Shown: positions 39,186-54,000, numbered from the stretch's first letter. The stretch: DNA of 64,000 bases from Phoronis australis (GCA_002633005.1 NMRA01000057.1:1018005-1082004); one strand, 5' to 3'. Numbers and translations: made by a program. Notes: generated from the letters alone by a model not told the origin.

Positions 39186-40204
39186 ATTTTCTGAAACCTG
39201 TGCCAGCTGAGATATCGGGATACGAATTTAGCCAATTTTGACAGTTTCCAAAATCACTAAAAGTACTCATCTTATGCGGCTCTAAAAACAGACAAAAAAT
39301 TATCGAAATCTTTTAAATTTTCATGAATAAAGTAGACGAAGGTCACACCTGATCAATAACACAGGTTCAATATTTCAACGTTACTTCCACTGCGTAACTT
39401 AACTGTCGGAATTTTACTAAAACTTAAGTGCCGCCAGGCTGAAAACTTGTCGGAAACAAATAGTATCCATGGAAACCAAAAGGGGGCGTTTTGAAAAAAA
39501 ATAAAGGTGGTCTGGAGTCAGTGGGGTCAGTGTCATCTCACAGACAAAATATAAAGAGAATCTGTGACATAGCGTTTATCACCCTCTGCCTGGTCCATTC
39601 GCGAACATGCTCTTAAGTTATCAAGTAGGAAGAAATTATCGAGCTAGTTTTTTCTATGCCATGCGTGGTCACTTAAGAACCGAGCTCGCCAGATTTACAC
39701 AGCACAATTAGGTCAACCCGAAATCACAACAGGACTGAAATGAAGCACTATTACTACTGATCTGGTTCAGTTAAAAACACAAACTTTCTTCACAGACATA
39801 TCCGTCATCCAAAGCTTCATACACCATTGCATTCTTATCCCATGTTAGAACTGATATCAGTTGCAACAAACCAACAAGAATTCCCCTGGGGCCATGCAAA
39901 CTTGTAAGGAAACCAAACTAACCCACCATGACAAACACCTTCATGAGCTTGATTAGAAGAAGTACCAAACTGTTAACGTTTTTCCAATTGAAATCATTTC
40001 TCATTTGATAAAGCTACAAAATGAGACAGGTTGTATCGTAGTAAGTAAGAGACTTATATGGGGTTTTGAATAAAACATTGGGGTTATATATCAAATATAA
40101 ACGTAGGCAGTCTGGTGCACCTTGTACCATATGGGCACTAGCCACTCAGATGGGCCAATTTCACTTATGTCCAGGAACCATTTTTATGCTTTATTAAATG
40201 TATA

Positions 40205-40330
40205 GTTAAAACCCAGGTGAGGATCGAGAGACCTGACTCAAGGGTCCAACAGTGGGCTTAAATGGGACTTGAAGCCTACATACTTGAGTAAAGGAAGCGG
40301 ACTCCCTTCCCACCAGGTCTCACTGCTTCC
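40205..40330 (-). mobile_element. Degenerate SINE fragment
   Basis: tgactcaagggtccaac...gggacttgaagcc...ccaccaggtc resembles a reverse-oriented tRNA-SINE head and core. Confidence 0.4.
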
Positions 40331-40804
40331 TCTAAGAGAGGGGGGGAGGGGCCCATTGCCCTCTTAGGTTAGCTGTGGTGAATCTTACGGTTGAATCAAT
40401 TTATCTTAACTTGCTGCTATAACCCCCCCCCCCAGGCTCCTCTCATTAAATCACAAACCCAAGTCGTAGGTTTCAAGTATGGTTCTGCAGGGTTTCAAGG
40501 ATCAGTTAGTGACATATGGGGAGAACACAACAAGAACTTGATTTACCTTATTATGTGCCCGATAAACCTACATCCAAACAGTCAAATAAGAAGCAAACTT
40601 TGACTTCAATCAGTGACTCAGGCGAGATATGAAATAATCCGTTTATAAATGCCAAGAAATTTATATTCCAACAACCTGAACTGACTTCAATGCAAGTTCA
40701 AGGAGAACTGTCGATTAAACAAATATTTGATTAGTTGAATTAAAATAATAAACCAAAACACTGTGCAGAACTGATTAAACAGACGTCATGATTGATTCAC
40801 TCAC

Positions 40805-40847
40805 CAGTGCTGCTTTTTCTGGTATAGGTGGGAGCAGACGGCATTCC
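40805..40847 (-). CDS. Exon GMPSAPTYTRKSST
   Basis: ttcattttgcag| acceptor and G|gtgagt donor, 43 bp, phase 0-1. Confidence 0.78.
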
Positions 40848-43475
40848 CTGCAAAATGAAAAACGAGTTGAAATTAATTATTTAATCCCTGCAACAGACCT
40901 TGAGATAATAAGGTTCAACCGCCAGACTGAACTGTAGGTCGTCAGCAATCAGTTCCACCCATACAAGGGGTCAAGATTTACAATGTGCCTACGATTATGG
41001 CTTGGTGATAAATAATTCCAGTTGTTCAAAACATAAAGTAAGAATGAAAAACTAATTCAGCAGTTCCTCGTTTAAATTGCTCACAGTTTGGTTACAAAAA
41101 GAAAAAAAGCAACACTAAATGTCTGTACTCCTCAAGAACGACAGCTAAAATTTGAACACCATGACAACCTGCCAGTAGTGGAAACATTACGAGAACAAAA
41201 CGGAAAGGTCAGAACATTTGCATTTAAAACAGGGGGCAACATCTACATTACCAATGCAAAAATAGTGGCTAGGCGCAGCAATCAATATAGTCACATAACT
41301 CCTTCAGCCAATCGTAAATCTCAACCCCCCTTGGCATTTGCTATGCACCTTGGACTCCCGTGATAAACTACACTTACTTCCCTGTGAGCACCAAGATGAT
41401 TTTTGAACTCCACTTACAGTCTATTTACCAGCATGTCCCAGCTGTGCATAATTACAGCCTCCATGTTTCAGTGAAAGTTACAGCAACCCTGGACACCCTG
41501 TTAATTTCACAGTTAGGCCAATCAGCAGCTACGGGACTTGCTGGGAGATATTTCCCCGGCAACAATAGCAATTATATACCTAACCAAAGGAATCACCTGC
41601 TTACAAACCTTCACTGTCCCTACAGTCCAGGGTTAGAGAGACATCTGGTGGACAGTGCAACACCAACTGCCTAGTTCAGGTTTGATTTGAAGCTACATAG
41701 GCCACAGAATTTTGAAAATATTGACGATATCAAAGACTTCATGGTCAGTGTTTTGCCTAACATTTCCAGTTTTTTGTGATCACAATCATTTTCTTCACAT
41801 ATTTTGTACAAAAATAATTGCCAAAATTGCCACTCTACTTTTCAAAGATTGACTAGTTTGCTGCAAATATGACATCAACAAAATACAAACCAAGATAATA
41901 GCAGACAAGAAAATTGTCTTAATTTTCGTTGAGAAATTTGTCGAAATAAAATTCTACATGTTCACCATTAAGTGAGGTAACTAGGAGAAGAACTATCATA
42001 CTTACTAACACCTTTGTTCCACTTTAAATTGTAAAGTTAAAAAAAGCCTGACCACAAAGATTGCTAGCAAATTCAAAACCCAGTGGGAGATTATGGACGG
42101 TACAAAGTAACAGAAGATATCTACAGAAGTGTGTCTAAGAAGCAAGAGAACGTGAAATTGCATCACCAAAACTAATATCATAAGATGAACAGTGCTCTAG
42201 TACCAAGACCCACCAAACGGTGTTTGTGAAAGGATGCCGGTCGAATAGCAATATGTAATAAAAAATCTAGCGAAGCTGATTGCGAAACAATTTGATAGCG
42301 GAAACCCATCACCGAGATGAACTAAAACAGACATACTACGTAAAGTGAGACTGAAAATGGCAGTTAGTAAAATAGAGAGCTTGAGCTTAAGTGTATGTAC
42401 AAGTACATGCTACCAGGACTGTCTTTGTTACTATGTCATCAAATGACTTTATGATTTGACCACCAGAGGGCATCAGATGTTGTCTGCTTCTCTCAACATC
42501 GCCAAAACGTAACTATTAACTTTCAGCATACGTACATGCTCATAGAATTTTCTAAAAGTCACTAACGACGCACCTCCCTATCCACCCGGGTCGCTACACA
42601 ATACCAGATTTTACACAGGTACGGAAAAGATGGTGGAGAAAGAACGGGATATGGTCACTAGTGAGACAACATTTTAAAGTCTACGCAGGACCTGGGTCAG
42701 TTGTAGATGAAAGTTCTAAAAAATTGAGATTCGGGAGTCTACATTCTACCATTTTCATCCACTTGTTTATTTACTCCAGACGATTACTTTGTTACAAAAA
42801 GAGCATTTACAATACAAAATGGTAAAAATAAATAGACTTTTTGGTTGTACTATTTGTAAATGTCGCCGTCATCAACTTTGACCCCAAGAGCTACAAGTAC
42901 ATATGACTCGGATGAAGACCTATATCAGAAACTGACACCATCGAATTTGCATGTAAGTTCACTTGAAAGTTTTGGTCAAAGCGTGGGCACGCGATTGGTC
43001 AATTTTCAAGTCTGGTCTCGAGTAAAGCCTGGTGGTCAGGAAAGTGACTTAAGACAAAAACAGAAACTCGGCCTTACAGCCACACTCCACAGTTACGGAA
43101 TATAAGTTTAGCCAAGTAGTCGTGAGCGAATCAAAACCAAGAAAAGAAATGTATAGAAATCAAAGCCGTAACTAGCAGTTAAGTTGCTTATTCTCTGAGA
43201 CTGCACTTTGGCTCCAGTGAGGTTTTATCACTTATCAGAACTAGCTGTGTGGAGCCCAAGACCAAGTTGCTGCCTTAAGTCTTTCAGCCACTTATCATGA
43301 AACGCCCCCTGGTGGACATGGGGTAATGATAAGTAACAAGTATTTGAAATGAACCAATTTTGCGTTGGTCTCTATAAAGACGAGCAGCACTGTCCCTGCA
43401 AGAACGGTGTTAGTGGCGTGAAGTGGTTAGAATGCAGGGTTACACATGCAGTCGCGGGCACGAAACAAAACTCAC

Positions 43476-43508
43476 GTTATCTTCAGCGTCGCCGCTCTGC
43501 TCGTCCGT
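43476..43508 (-). CDS. Small exon TDEQSGDAEDN
   Basis: ttcattag| acceptor and |gtgagt donor, 33 bp, phase 0-0. Confidence 0.75.
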
Positions 43509-44266
43509 CTAATGAATAAAGTGCACAGATATGCGTACAGTGACCGTGTTACTTGTTGGAGAGACCTAATTCAAGATTCACCATGTGGGAACTCGCAAAC
43601 GCATTGAGCAAGTACATTCAATAACGTGGCTGACAACAACATCCAGTACTACTAGACGTAGTTTTGCTCTATAATAGCTACCAACTAACTAAAGACTACA
43701 GCACACCACACCGATGAACCATTAAAATGGACCCCCTTGTAGTAGACAATTGTCTTCCACTGAGAAGGTGTGGTTTAATATTACTCATATCACCCAGCCT
43801 CGATTCTCCACAAGGAGCATCTGTCAAATCATGGAAGAAACTGTGAATCTCATGGTGGCAAATCAAGGACGTATGAAAAGTACCTCTTTACAGACTACAT
43901 CGGCACGTCAAGTAACAAATTTCTGCTGCAAAAGATGTCACAGTGCTCTCTCAAACTCTAACTACATGTTAAGACTATGCCCATTTTATCTAGAACGCTT
44001 GAATAATAGTTTTCAAAATAAACTGGACAACGTTGAAATTCAACGTACAAAACAGCAAGTAAATGTTCATTTAATTTTTAACTAGAATCTGTCTCAGCAT
44101 GATGGCCACAAAAAAGTTTCAGAAAAAAATGTGAAATAAACCCGTTTTTAAATCAACACAACAATGCAGAATGCTGCCAACCAACTACTCTATAACCATA
44201 CAACGACTTGTCATAAATCACCGTGTTGACATTATATCGGAAAATTGCGATTGGACAGCTGCATAC

Positions 44267-44406
44267 CATGATGGTGTATTGTGGTCCCGTGTCTTTCCCC
44301 GTAGGTTCCGTTTTCTCCACCCGTTTCGGAGGTTTGTACTCTTCATACTGATCTGCCACGAAATCGCTCAGAATGTGACGTCCTTTCTCAGCAGACTGAT
44401 GGCTTT
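44267..44406 (-). CDS. Exon (E)SHQSAEKGRHILSDFVADQYEEYKPPKRVEKTEPTGKDTGPQYTIM
   Basis: tgtacag| acceptor and ATG|gtatgc donor, 140 bp, phase 1-0. Confidence 0.78.
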
Positions 44407-44729
44407 CTGTACAAGGACAAAAATAGCAACGATGAAAACACGTTCACGTCAATTTTAACTTTATGCTTCAAAGAAGATGGAGAGATAATGCAGGTAAAGA
44501 TGAAGTCAACTTCTAGTCATAATTAATACCAGTCAATAGGCCAAAACAGTGACTTAATATCCAATTAATAAGTATTTTTCAGGTCATTTTCAAGTTAAGT
44601 GTTATGCTGTGTTTTGTACAAACAATTGTCCATGACTATGGTTTCTGAAATCTCAATTTTCTTTTGGACCGGATGTAAAACCTCTATGGTTTCAATAGTG
44701 TATGCATCCGATTACATAAGTGTACTCAC

Positions 44730-44772
44730 CCGATTCCGACCCGGCAAATTCCTGGCCATCTTCATATTCCGA
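44730..44772 (-). CDS. Exon SEYEDGQEFAGSES
   Basis: tttgcag| acceptor and G|gtgagt donor, 43 bp, phase 0-1. Confidence 0.78.
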
Positions 44773-45773
44773 CTGCAAACAGAGGTAAAAACAGGGAAGA
44801 CATTAACGCAGGAAAAACAAATTGACTAAGACGGCAACACCTCAATGACACAGAACAAACCAAGAACATAAAGGAAAAACATGGCATTTCAAAAAAAGTT
44901 GAAAAAATACGAAGCAGCATTGAATTACGGATTAAAATCTAGAATGAAATTACATTGAAGTCATTAGGAATTTTTTCTGTGACATTTCGTCATTTTTCAA
45001 CGAAACGAGATCATCTTTTTATTTTTTTGCAAACCATTGAAGATGACTTTGAAATACCATCTAGATTAAACACCAGGCATAGGTGTGAATGAATGGTCAA
45101 TAAATGGGTCGTATTTCACTACATGATGCAAATTTATAAAATTGTCTACCTGTAATCACAATGGGCCATTATCAAACAAATGCACTTCCCTTTGCAGGAA
45201 AATGAAGATATTAAAAAAGGAACCTTTCTGTATTCGTCTCACATAGCGAATATCACCTTTCCTGTTCATTGGCAAAGTCCAGAAAGACATGGTGATGAGA
45301 GAGACATCTATTGGCAAATGAGAACACTTGAAGATGGTGGTCAAGATGCCGTTAATCTAGAGCTACAAGACACTACTCATATTCTCCTGCGCCCATTTGC
45401 TCCAATGATAAACGGAAATGCATGGCCTCTATTCTACAGCAAACAATGATCAAATCTGCTAGAATACGTTGAACACCAGTGCACAAAAACTAAAACCAAC
45501 CAAAATAAAGAACACGGCCAAGCGCTTGTGCAGGAATCAACAGCAGCTACACTGAAATCAACCAAAATTACAGCAAACCCATGCACTACATGCTCTCAAC
45601 TGAATCTCACACAAGCAGTGCCCAATAGACACGTCTCATCCGCAGCACCACAAAAATAAGCGGTCCCCAACAAAGGTACAGACCACAGAACCAATGCAGG
45701 ATGCAAGCAAATTAACCAAGAGGCTCATAACAAAACCAATAGGCAAACACCCTGGCATTACACACGGCTATAC

Positions 45774-45905
45774 CTCAGTACCGGACAAGTCACTGTCGGT
45801 CGTGTAACTGTCGTTAGAGTCTATATCAGCCATGTCGGTGACCTGTATTACAGGTATATTACTATGCACCAGTGGTGGGTCGGGTTCGCTGACGCTAGCA
45901 CCTTC
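45774..45905 (-). CDS. Exon EGASVSEPDPPLVHSNIPVIQVTDMADIDSNDSYTTDSDLSGTE
   Basis: atgcag| acceptor and GAG|gtatag donor, 132 bp, phase 0-0. Confidence 0.72.
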
Positions 45906-47453
45906 CTGCATGATCAAGTGAATTCGGTGTCTGGGTGTGAGTGTATGTTTGCAAGATATGGTCCTTTGACTAGCCTAACACGAAAGTAGCAATTTGAAGG
46001 GCTACGGACTATTTGCCCAGAGTATTAAATTCTACAGTGGGAAATGCACAGGCAAAGGGAGCTAAATAGCTGTTTAAACATGGGTAGGTAAAGTGGCCAT
46101 CTCATTAACTGAACTGTAAATTTTACCTGTCAACAACCTCTACTAACGACTACAAGCACAAAAATAATGGGTCTCCAAAACAAATAGGAACATGTTGGAT
46201 TTAAAGTCAAGTCTCACTAATTTCGGACAAAAAACTGCCAAAATTTTCTTTCATTTTAGAATGACCACATTTTTCCAAGACATCTGTAGGTGGACGTGGC
46301 ACACAACTTGAAAGAGTGTGATTGTATTGCAACCTGTACTTTGTGTGAAAAATAAAATTTCAATTGTCCGCCATCTTGTGTCCCGAATTGGTGACATGCT
46401 ACCGTAGCATAAATTGTATTGCTATTGTAGGCTAGAGAAAGACAAAGACATGTTCAGCAATAACAGAGATTCAGAAGCTAATAGGTTTCAATATGTAATC
46501 CCATCTCCCAGATTTCACACAAACAACGACAGTGATCAATTGATGAAGGTTTTACTGATTAAGCACTAAAAAACATTTTTAAGCTCAACCCTAGAGAAAA
46601 AATCTTAATAAAACTATCAGTCTTCAGGTGAATGAAGATTACTGAATGAGCGTTTGAGTAAATTAGTCCTAATTCGTCGCCAACTTCCATTACGATTGTT
46701 ACATTATGCATTTTTGTCTTCCAAACGCTAAATCAAACATTCTTCCTCAAGGGATAAAGTGAATCCAGAGCAGACGGCTGAACATCAGGTACAAAACGTA
46801 TCGGGATTTAAAATTACACCAAGTTCCTCATGCTTGGTTCATAAGGCCACTTCCTCAGCTCCAGTCATTGTAAGGCCAAGCATACCAGGTATGGTAATAC
46901 TAGTAGCAGCCCAATAGAGGATTTATAAACAGGTGACTTAGGCATTACACAAAGGTGAGGGATTAAAATAACAGTTATCACAAAAGGCCACTTGAATGAC
47001 CTGCATACCACAACTTTAGTCAACAACCAACATGATCATTATTCTGTATATGAGACTGGGAGATCATTATCACATTACATAATCAATTAACCCCACTTGG
47101 TCCATTGCACTGTTCATAGAAAGAGAGCAAAGGAAATCCACTCCAGTACAGTACTGCAAATGTGAAAATTTAAATTACCTGGCAACCATTTTCTTGTTCA
47201 AATATCCAATGGCACATAATTGTCAGACTTAATGACCCAATCTCGTGCAAATAGCCTGAATTCACCAGTAATTATACATATTGCAAACAATGTCACGCCG
47301 AGTTTCAACTTAATTAAACGTGGACACGCAAATTTTGCTGTGATCAAAAGGGACTGCCATCAGATCAGTCTTCATAATATATCCATAGAATACCAGTCTC
47401 AAATACCAACAGTTACAACACATACAATCATCCAGTGATCAGTTACTGTGATG

Positions 47454-48926
47454 GGGGTTTCCAGACACCAAGAGTTTCCCAATGGAAAGTGAGAAAAAAC
47501 ACCACGCCTCACCTATATGGCATCCCCACCTATGGTGTAAAAAATGTGACAAAACATGACAAGAATTGCCATCTTGGAATTTCTAACACTAGAACTTTCG
47601 AGGGACACCTTAAGACAATCAAACACTTTACAGACAGCTTGGAAATCCTAACACTAGAACTTTCGAGGGACACCTTAAGACAATCAAACACTCTGCAGAG
47701 AGCCTATGGCAGCAAATGAAGGGCTATGAGCAAAATGTACTTCTGTTTACGCAGAGACCAATGTTGAGGACTAAATAGAGTCATAAGGTTATCACCAAAG
47801 CTACTTGAGAAGTTATCAGTACAATTGTTGCCATTCCGATACAAGTGAGTGCAAAAACACGCCACTGAAAATGAGAAAAATTTGATAATAAAGTCTGCTG
47901 GCTCACAGGCATCAATTAACACTCCGACTCCTGAACTCCTCCCCCCCCCCTTAACTATTAATGGGTGTTGTTTTCTGGTTCCCTGATTGTAAGGTAAAAC
48001 CTAGTATGTCCCAAAATTTCCGGAATTCAGCATAAGCACGGTAGTCTTATAAATTAGAACAAAAATTCCTTTTGTCAACAACTATTGTACCAAACCAGAG
48101 ACTGAACAGAGAACGGGAAATAAAACTGGATTAGCTAGCCAACCAGACAAAGAAAGTTACAGCACTTATCCACTTTTGGCTTCCTAAAANGGGGTTTCCA
48201 GACACCAAGAGTTTCCCAATGGAAAGTGAGAAAAAACACCACGCCTCACCTATATGGCATCCCCACCTATGGTGTAAAAAATGTGACAAAACATGACAAG
48301 AATTGCCATCTTGGAATTTCTAACACTAGAACTTTCGAGGGACACCTTAAGACAATCAAACACTTTACAGACAGCTTGGAAATCCTAACACTAGAACTTT
48401 CGAGGGACACCTTAAGACAATCAAACACTCTGCAGAGAGCCTATGGCAGCAAATGAAGGGCTATGAGCAAAATGTACTTCTGTTTACGCAGAGACCAATG
48501 TTGAGGACTAAATAGAGTCATAAGGTTATCACCAAAACTACTTGAGAAGTTATCAGTACAATTGTTGCCATTCCGATACAAGTGAGTGCAAAAACACGCC
48601 ACTGAAAATGAGAAAAATTTGATGATAAAGTCTGCTGGCTCCCAGGCATCAATTAACACACCGACTCCTGAACTCCTCCCCTCCCCCTTAACTATTAATG
48701 GGTGTTGTTTTCTGGTTCCCTGATTGTATGGTAAAACCTAGTATGTCCCAAAATTTCTGGAATTTAGCATAAGCTTGGTAGTCTTATAAATTAGAACAAA
48801 AATTCCTTTTGTCAACAACTATTGTACCAAACCAGAGACTGAACAGAAACCGGGAAATAAAACTGGATTAACTAGCCAACCAGACAAAGAAAATTACAGC
48901 ACTTATCCAATTTTGGCTGCCTAAAA
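47454..48926. repeat. 736-bp near-identical direct duplication split by a single N at 48190
   Basis: 47454-48189 vs 48191-48926, differing by scattered SNPs. Each copy has an internal ~55-bp direct repeat. Confidence 0.93.
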
Positions 48927-49095
48927 CCGTCAATTTATTTCCAAGAACACTTGTAACTTGTTACCCAATAAGGTGAGGATTCGAAAATTCTATTGTCTTG
49001 CTGCCAGAAAACACAAAGAGTGCACGTCACATCCAAATTCCGCAGATCAGTCGATCATAAATTCCAGCCTCAATGGTCAGATACATGTACTATAC

Positions 49096-49311
49096 CTCCA
49101 GTAGGCCGTTGGTTTCACTCCCCACCTTGGTGAAGGGGGTCCCTTGTTCGTTGCTCGTGCTGCGTCTGAGGATTACCAGACTGGGGGATTTCGGAGTGGG
49201 TGACGTCAGAGGAGGAGACAGTTGGTCCTCGAAACCGCTTTCAACCGATTCCTGTTTGCGTGGGGTGAACAACTGGAAGTCCTGAATAACGCTCAGATGC
49301 GAAGCTGTCAT
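49096..49311 (-). CDS. Candidate alternative first coding exon MTASHLSVIQDFQLFTPRKQESVESGFEDQLSPPLTSPTPKSPSLVILRRSTSNEQGTPFTKVGSETNGLLE
   Basis: 72 open codons, S/P-rich, GAG|gtatag phase-0 donor. A TATA-like tatttaaata lies ~215 bp upstream of the ATG. Confidence 0.62.
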
Positions 49312-50502
49312 AATTGTTGATATTTCCAAAGACGTTTTTCTACCACCCCTCACAAACCGTGAGACAGCCTCCACTCCACTAGACTTGACTGTGTCGCGAC
49401 TTATCCGAACTAGACAGACAATGACGTTTTGTCCAATATTTGAAATCAAAACCTTGCGGTGGTGGTCGTCTTATTATTGCCCAATCCGTGTGTTTGCAGG
49501 CCTTAATATCAACTGACCCTTTAACCTATTTAAATAGCGAGAATAATGCTAAAAAATAACACCCAGCCTCTGTCAACAGAGTCTGTGAAGGAGACTGCAA
49601 AACCTAGCCACTTAGCTGCCTTTCACATCATTCACTGGTCTTATTTACTAGTTGTAACCACTCTTGTGAAGCCAGCATTGATATTCCAAACACAGTCAAA
49701 CAGAATGCTTAGAAATATCCAGGAGCTGGGAATAATAGAACAGGCCAGATTGCCTTTGCCAGGGAATGACTCCCAAGTGGGCGTGCTTTGTCCCCTGTTC
49801 ACTGGGGCAAGAGAGGCATCCAGTTTCTCTGTTTAAGTCCTCAAGTAACCCTACAGCAGATGAATAGAGTTAGGGCACCCTGCATGGTGTCTACCAAGTA
49901 ATGTACACTGAATGACCACTACAGTACAAAGGTAATTCAGGAACTCCAGTAGGCAGAAGAGGATCTGTACTGGTTACATAAGAAAAGACAGCAGAGTCCC
50001 TCATAACACCCAAACATCAACAGGGATGTACCTTTAAATTGCTGCACATACCTTAAAACCTCACCAATTTAGGATATTGGCTGAGAAGAGAAATTTAAGT
50101 TTGAACTCAATTCTTTCATGGAATATACAGTATGTAGCATCAGATTTATGCATTAGATTCAAGTTCTGAACCATCAGCTCCCATTGTGGGCATTCACTTC
50201 CACAACGCTTAGAAGATGTTGAAAAAAGAAAAAGGTAATCGTGGCAACTACTTTTGTCCAAGATTTGTGATTTTACCTTATTCACGATGATTGTCCGAGT
50301 TCACGTGAGATTTTACCTTATTCGTGATGATTGTCCGAGTACCGCAGATTCTTATTGCTGTCTGCTCAAGGCAAATTAAGATATTGTTACCACAAAACGC
50401 AATCAAAAGTAGGTCCCTACTGCTCAAAAATAGAACCTATAAGTCCTACTTTGAAGAATGATGCGAGTAACTTCAAATGTTCATTAACATGGCGTATCTT
50501 AC

Positions 50503-51043
50503 AAGGATATGTGCGATCTTATACACACATGTGTGTTTAGCCAAATATTCACTCAACTATAGATTTTAACTTTGAGAAAGTACCGATATATATACTTTTG
50601 AAAAGTACAAAAACTACAAAATTTGATTTTCGACTTTATGCCAAAAAGCCACAAATCAGATCATGTGAACATTTTTTAAACAATATTTAGCGAAAAAGAA
50701 AAATACAATAACTGTAAAACACTGGCAACAATAACATTTCCAAGTTTTGTTTGATCTAAATGTTCACGACCAAAAACGCTGTTAGTTTTCTAAAGTATGA
50801 TTTCATTTTCATTCTAAAGCAACGCCTTCTCAAAAAAATCCGAAAAGTTCTACTTCTGATAGCTGCTCCCGGCCTTCAAAACTCGAACATTTTAAAAACA
50901 ATTCCAAATAACGTTTTGGAGAACAGTGCATACACTATAGTATCCGAACGTTTCAAATGAATCCTATCAGCCGTCTTTGAGATAAAATAAATGTTCTAAT
51001 GTTGGCCAAATTTCGACATTTTTCTAGGGTCCTACATAACCTT
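50503..51043. mobile_element. Non-autonomous TIR element (Kolobok/TTAA-type suspected)
   Basis: aaggatatgtgcgatc vs ggtcctacataacctt (imperfect TIR), with ttaa at the right junction. Confidence 0.5.
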
Positions 51044-54000
51044 AAAGAAGCGTACAACATAAAAGTACAACATCCACTTCTTGGAGAAGAGGGACTGACC
51101 GCAAGGTTCAATCGCATCACGCGATTTCAATACTAACACTGGAAAAATTAAACCACTACAAGAAAGCATTAACTCAAGTGCTCAAGCCACCAACATGATT
51201 CATATCGTAAATAGAAAATGGCAAATTCCCGTTTTCAGATACCTTCCCCCCTAAACACAAACCAAAAACAATACCAACACCCACATGAATTTTTTAACCA
51301 TCATAAATGTGAATGAGATTACTGATACAAACCAGTGGATAGGTGCCAAAGTGGATTTTCGCTTTAGACACATATTCGGACATGACACACTGAAGTTACA
51401 ATCACCCTAAAAACGTCCAAGACTCTCCTAGCTTCTAGCAGTTGTACAGCGGAACTGTTCAATTGTTAGGGAATCAATTAGCTGTTGTTTGCAATGTTCA
51501 CTGTCATTGTCTACATTCCAACCAACATATCTGACCACTGGGTGTCAGTGATACCATGACCTTTGACATAAGATAGGATAAATGTTGGGACAAGGGAGGT
51601 TTACCAACCTTACCCACTTCCTACACTATCATGCCTCTCACTTGCAAGACTGCACCCAACATGTGAACTTGTCTCTCAGAGAAATCAAATGCCAGTTCTT
51701 GATTCTGAGAAGGAAAACCATGGCCAATACACCCCATATCTAACACCAGATGGCACTGCAAGAATAAGTGTATCCAGAAGGCAGACATTAGGCAACGGGT
51801 GAGCTTGTAAACCTCCAGGTGGAGCTAGTGACATAAGGGTCCCAACAGCAAGTAAATGCAGACATTGAAGTAGTCAAGTGAGATACTTAACCCGGGAATG
51901 CCCCATACTGGAGAACAACTTTCTGTTTTTAATCTAGATTAAAAAAAACGAAAAGACGACCCAATCTTCATCAGTGTTACCTCATGGTTACTGAGTCAAG
52001 TAAAAAACAGAAAAACTTCAGATGTCCACCATATTGGTTAAATTTTCCAGTGTATTTGTTCTCTGCTTAGAGGACCCAAAATGCTTTAGTATCTATTGAC
52101 TGGAGTGATATCTTGGGTGTAACAAACTATCACCCATTGATTGAAGTCGACCAACACCCCCATCCAGTGGATAAGATAGAAGGTTAGTCTAATGTAATTA
52201 CAAACCACAAACAATGGCCTAGGTCAGGAGTAGGTGTCATTGCAAAATACAAAGTGAAATCAAGTAGCCTTGATAACAGGGCAACCTTCAATTCAGAATT
52301 ATTCAGGCCAAATGCGCTCACAGTAGCTGTAATGGCTGCTATGGGACTTTTCTAAAATAGCACACATGGCTTTCAGTGACTGAGAAACTCTAGGCATAAA
52401 ACTCATTTTGAAAACATAACAGACAGTAGCTGCTACTCTTGAGAGCATTATTGTCAAGAAAAAGAAACCCCTGTCGAAAAACAAAGGATTCTACAAACAA
52501 CATGCACTATCTTAGTCTTCATACATTTAGTGCCCAGTACACGTTGCCATAATTAACCAATCCCTAGACAGAACATCAACTTAAAACAAAGCAAGCATTA
52601 ACCTGGCCACGGAAAAATCAAGATAAATTGCCTTGTACATAAAGCAGCTTTCTAGGTCATAAAAAATCATCTTTTGGTTCAACTTATTTCTATGCTTGTA
52701 AAGAACTGGCAGTATGTTATTGCTTGAATAGAGGCTCAACAACTTGAGTTGTCGTGACGTCTAACTTTTTTCCGCAGAGCTAGGTCTCGAGGAATTCTGA
52801 ATGACCAGGACCAAACTCACTTCTCATCTGAATAAGGAACAGGTTGGCACCAATTTTATAGCAGTAACTGGTCTAAACCAATTTGATGTTTCTCCAATGG
52901 AACAGGGGGTTATTGCTACTTTAAATAAATCTTTTTTTGAAATGAAGAAAAGCTGAGGTATGTTAAACCTGTTACTTACCTAGCAGTGTAGTCCCAGAAT
53001 GGAGAAGATGTATAGCAAGAGCCAGCCACCAATAGACAACATTGATCAGAATCAATAGATCAATGGTCACAATGATTGATCCCAACAAGGCAAAGACAGT
53101 ACAGACATTTACTATCAATAGCCCACAGCTTGTTTAGGCCTAAGTAATTCATATGGGCCTTTGTAGAGACTGTTTACACAATGGACTGTCTATTGTTTAA
53201 CTACATACTGTTAAGCATTTGTAATATGCAGAGTATAGACAGAATAGTAAATTAGGAGTCTCAGTGTAGGCCTGCATATACTCATGGATTCCTGGAATTT
53301 TTCAACTCCTCTTATTGAATGCAATATTTCAGGAGCTCAAACTCAGCTAAGTCCAATGAATTGTAACATTTTAATGTTTATAAAGAACTTGTGATTGTCA
53401 CAATGAGGAAAATGGTTGTTTTGATTAAAATAAAAACATTTAAGTTCTGTTAAAGGTGTGTTCAGCCGTTGTCTAGCCCTCATGTCGAATTCTTAACCAA
53501 ATTGTTTTAAAATTGGTATTGTTTTAAAATTTAAAACAATACCACACTCATCGGATTTTGTATTGTTCTTAATGAGCCAGCAACTCAAGGCCCGATGAAA
53601 AGCAGACCTGGAGAGAAGGTTTAATATTCTGTTACAATAGCTAATGCCTCATTGTTATTTAGCCAATCAAAAGGCTAATAGCCCTCCAGAGTCAACAACG
53701 TCAGCCTGAAGGCCTAACCGAAGACTTCACACGCTGTTTCAGGTATAAGCAGGATCTCTGATCAATGAGTAACTGATTAAATATGGATTAATTAACGACA
53801 CGTGTAAATCTCACTAGTGAGGGAAGCGGACATTAATATTGTAGTACATGAACTAAAATAACACGTATTGGCTATTTTTGAGACTTAATTGTCTAATATT
53901 GATAAACCAAGTGAATTTCTCTGCTTTGGAAGATTTTCAACGGTCTTAGTGCTCATTATGCCCCAACCCACTCTAAACACGACTGAAAATTTACTAATGG

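Noticed and set aside
47179-47217. Possible further first exon MCHWIFEQENGCQ with a phase-0 donor
   Set aside because: Phase-compatible but very short, with no independent support; easily chance.
52980-53042. Strong donor (AG|gtaagt) preceded by a hydrophobic mini-ORF
   Set aside because: The frame ends in TAG right at the donor; at most a UTR exon.
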